Source: a virus
Taxonomy: Duplodnaviria; Caudoviricetes
Virus record (IMG/VR): IMGVR_UViG_3300020442_003253
Coordinates: 1-60,655 of that record
Length of the DNA stretch: 60,655 nucleotides
Direction: 5' to 3' (one strand)
Positions within the stretch are counted from its first letter, which is position 1. Each line of letters opens with the position of its first letter. Positions 59,105 to 60,655 of the stretch are shown in pieces. A model generated the notes under the pieces. It made no database searches. It saw nothing but the letters and a program-made list of their open reading frames with translations, and was not told the origin of the DNA. The position numbers were made by a program, and so were the translations under genes.

Positions 59105-60655
59105 TTATGCAGTATTTTTTATAAAAATAAGTTTAGATAATTCTGGTAGATACAAATATTCAATATTACTGTTAGTCAAAGTCCGTATCGCATCATCAAG
59201 TGTTTCGACTAAAGGTTCGCCTCCTAGATTGAAACTCGTATTGAACAAAATTGGAATATTTGTTTGTTTATAAAATTCTTTAATCAGGTTGTAAAAATGT
59301 AAATTTTGTTCTGCTGTAACAGTTTGAATCCTACATGTTCCATCAGTATGGATAATAGATGGAATTTTTTCTGCTGTACCTTCTTTACAATTTACAGCAT
59401 ACATCATAAATGGCGAATTTTCCATACCTCTTAGGTCAAACCATTCGTGAACATGTTCTTCAAGGATAGTTCCTGCAAATGGTCTAAAATATTCTCTATT
59501 CTTTACTGTATTAACAAAGTCTTTTCCGTCTTCAAAAGTTGGATCAAATAATATGCTGCGATTGCCTAATGCTCTTGGTCCGTTTTCACTTTTGCCTTGG
59601 AAAATACTCACAATATTTTTTTCTCTAATCAGCTGTATAACTTTTTTATAATCTGCATCAAATATTTCAGCATTTGTGTTTTTTAACCTGTTCTCTACAT
59701 CCTGTATACTATAGTTATACTTTGGTCCATAATAGAGTGTTTCTGCTTTAGGATACGATTCACTTTGATTTACTTCGTTCCAAAATAAAAGAGCTGCACC
59801 CATTGCTGTTCCAGCATCGTTACTTACTGGTTCTACATATATGTCTATATTTTCATCTCCAAGAGATTCTAGATAGTGGTAATTAGCTACACAATTTAAT
59901 CCATATCCACCACTTATAACAACATTTTTTCTACCTGTTAATAAAACTGCATGCTTTATAAATTTTGTTACTTGGTCTTGGGTTTCTATCTGACAAGCAT
60001 AAGCTAGATCTCTCCTATTTTGCAATGTTGTTACATCACCTTCTATATTATCCTGTAAATACTCGAATAAATTAGCATTCACTGAAGCAGCCATTGGATA
60101 TAGTGGACAAATTAAATTTCTATTTGATATAGGCACAATTGAATTTGATTCGAACAATTTTGGTATTTTAGAATTTTCATTACCATATGGAAACAAACCC
60201 ATAGTTTTTCCAGCTTCAATTGCTGAAAAATTACAATATTGCGTCACTGCTTCGTATACTTTAACGATACCAGCTCTGTCAGTAACCCAAGCTTGGTGTG
60301 TTCCTTCTTCTATAATATTCCTAGAATCTAACTCATCATAATAACTAGCAACAATAGGTTCTTTACAACCATAATTTTTAAAAATTGTTTTTAGATTATT
60401 AGGATAAGAACAATCTATTATAGATTCAGTTTCAAATACGGTAATAGGTTCTCCACCGTATTGAATGTTAAAAAATGTTCCACAGCCATCAACTACTACT
60501 GCAACAGCATCATTATATCCTGATCTGTAAAAAGCACAAGCTGCATGCAATTTATGATGGATACCACTTAAATCAATTACTTGAGGGTGATTCCTGTTAT
60601 CTATGTTTACATTTGATTCTATTAGTCCTAACTTTCTAGCTAAGCCAGTATATAT
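59105..60655 (-). CDS. second carbamoyltransferase (NodU/CmcH family), 5'-truncated by window edge
   Basis: Frame open to the window end (IYTGLARK...IHHKLHAA); VVDG.G, GKTMGL, GG.GLN, GPRALGNRS, FRPFA, H.DGTCRIQTV, FNTSFN. Confidence 0.92.
   Translation of the reverse strand: MYTGLARKLGLIESNVNIDNRNHPQVIDLSGIHHKLHAACAFYRSGYNDAVAVVVDGCGTFFNIQYGGEPITVFETESIIDCSYPNNLKTIFKNYGCKEPIVASYYDELDSRNIIEEGTHQAWVTDRAGIVKVYEAVTQYCNFSAIEAGKTMGLFPYGNENSKIPKLFESNSIVPISNRNLICPLYPMAASVNANLFEYLQDNIEGDVTTLQNRRDLAYACQIETQDQVTKFIKHAVLLTGRKNVVISGGYGLNCVANYHYLESLGDENIDIYVEPVSNDAGTAMGAALLFWNEVNQSESYPKAETLYYGPKYNYSIQDVENRLKNTNAEIFDADYKKVIQLIREKNIVSIFQGKSENGPRALGNRSILFDPTFEDGKDFVNTVKNREYFRPFAGTILEEHVHEWFDLRGMENSPFMMYAVNCKEGTAEKIPSIIHTDGTCRIQTVTAEQNLHFYNLIKEFYKQTNIPILFNTSFNLGGEPLVETLDDAIRTLTNSNIEYLYLPELSKLIFIKNTA

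Noticed and set aside
1-60655. Alternative genetic code, introns or inteins in core genes
   Set aside because: Standard-code ORFs tile the window densely; helicases, UvsX and terminase are normal length and uninterrupted.

Overview
A 60.7-kb fragment of a large T4-like (myovirus) phage genome, AT-rich, gene-dense and mostly on the minus strand. Left half: replication/recombination genes (gp41 helicase, gp61 primase, gp62-like clamp loader, UvsW, UvsY, UvsX, gp32) mixed with accessory genes. These include three SGNH-like proteins, a MotA/ExbB-MotB/ExbD-like membrane trio, two different DnaE-like proteins, a CDGSH-like/Fpr fusion, a carbamoyltransferase, a PRTase, peptide deformylase, an eight-gene glycosyl/methyltransferase island and a degenerate tRNA-Thr. 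Right half: packaging and virion genes (gp17, gp16-like, gp4, S8 protease, fibres, gp19, gp18, gp13/14/15-like, a 2332-aa structural protein) and a second, truncated carbamoyltransferase. Best candidates for novelty: (1) an unannotated 44-aa microprotein ending in PFIY directly upstream of the carbamoyltransferase-PRTase-SGNH operon, suggesting a DltX/SxtK-like tyrosine carbamoyl shuttle; (2) a late-expressed ion-motor-like operon; (3) a minimal PHP-less DnaE whose start codon is locked in a hairpin that contains a late promoter; (4) phycobiliprotein-like C-x-R-D repeats in a virion protein; (5) a compact WbdD-like methyltransferase-kinase. All family calls come from motif recognition by eye; no searches were run.
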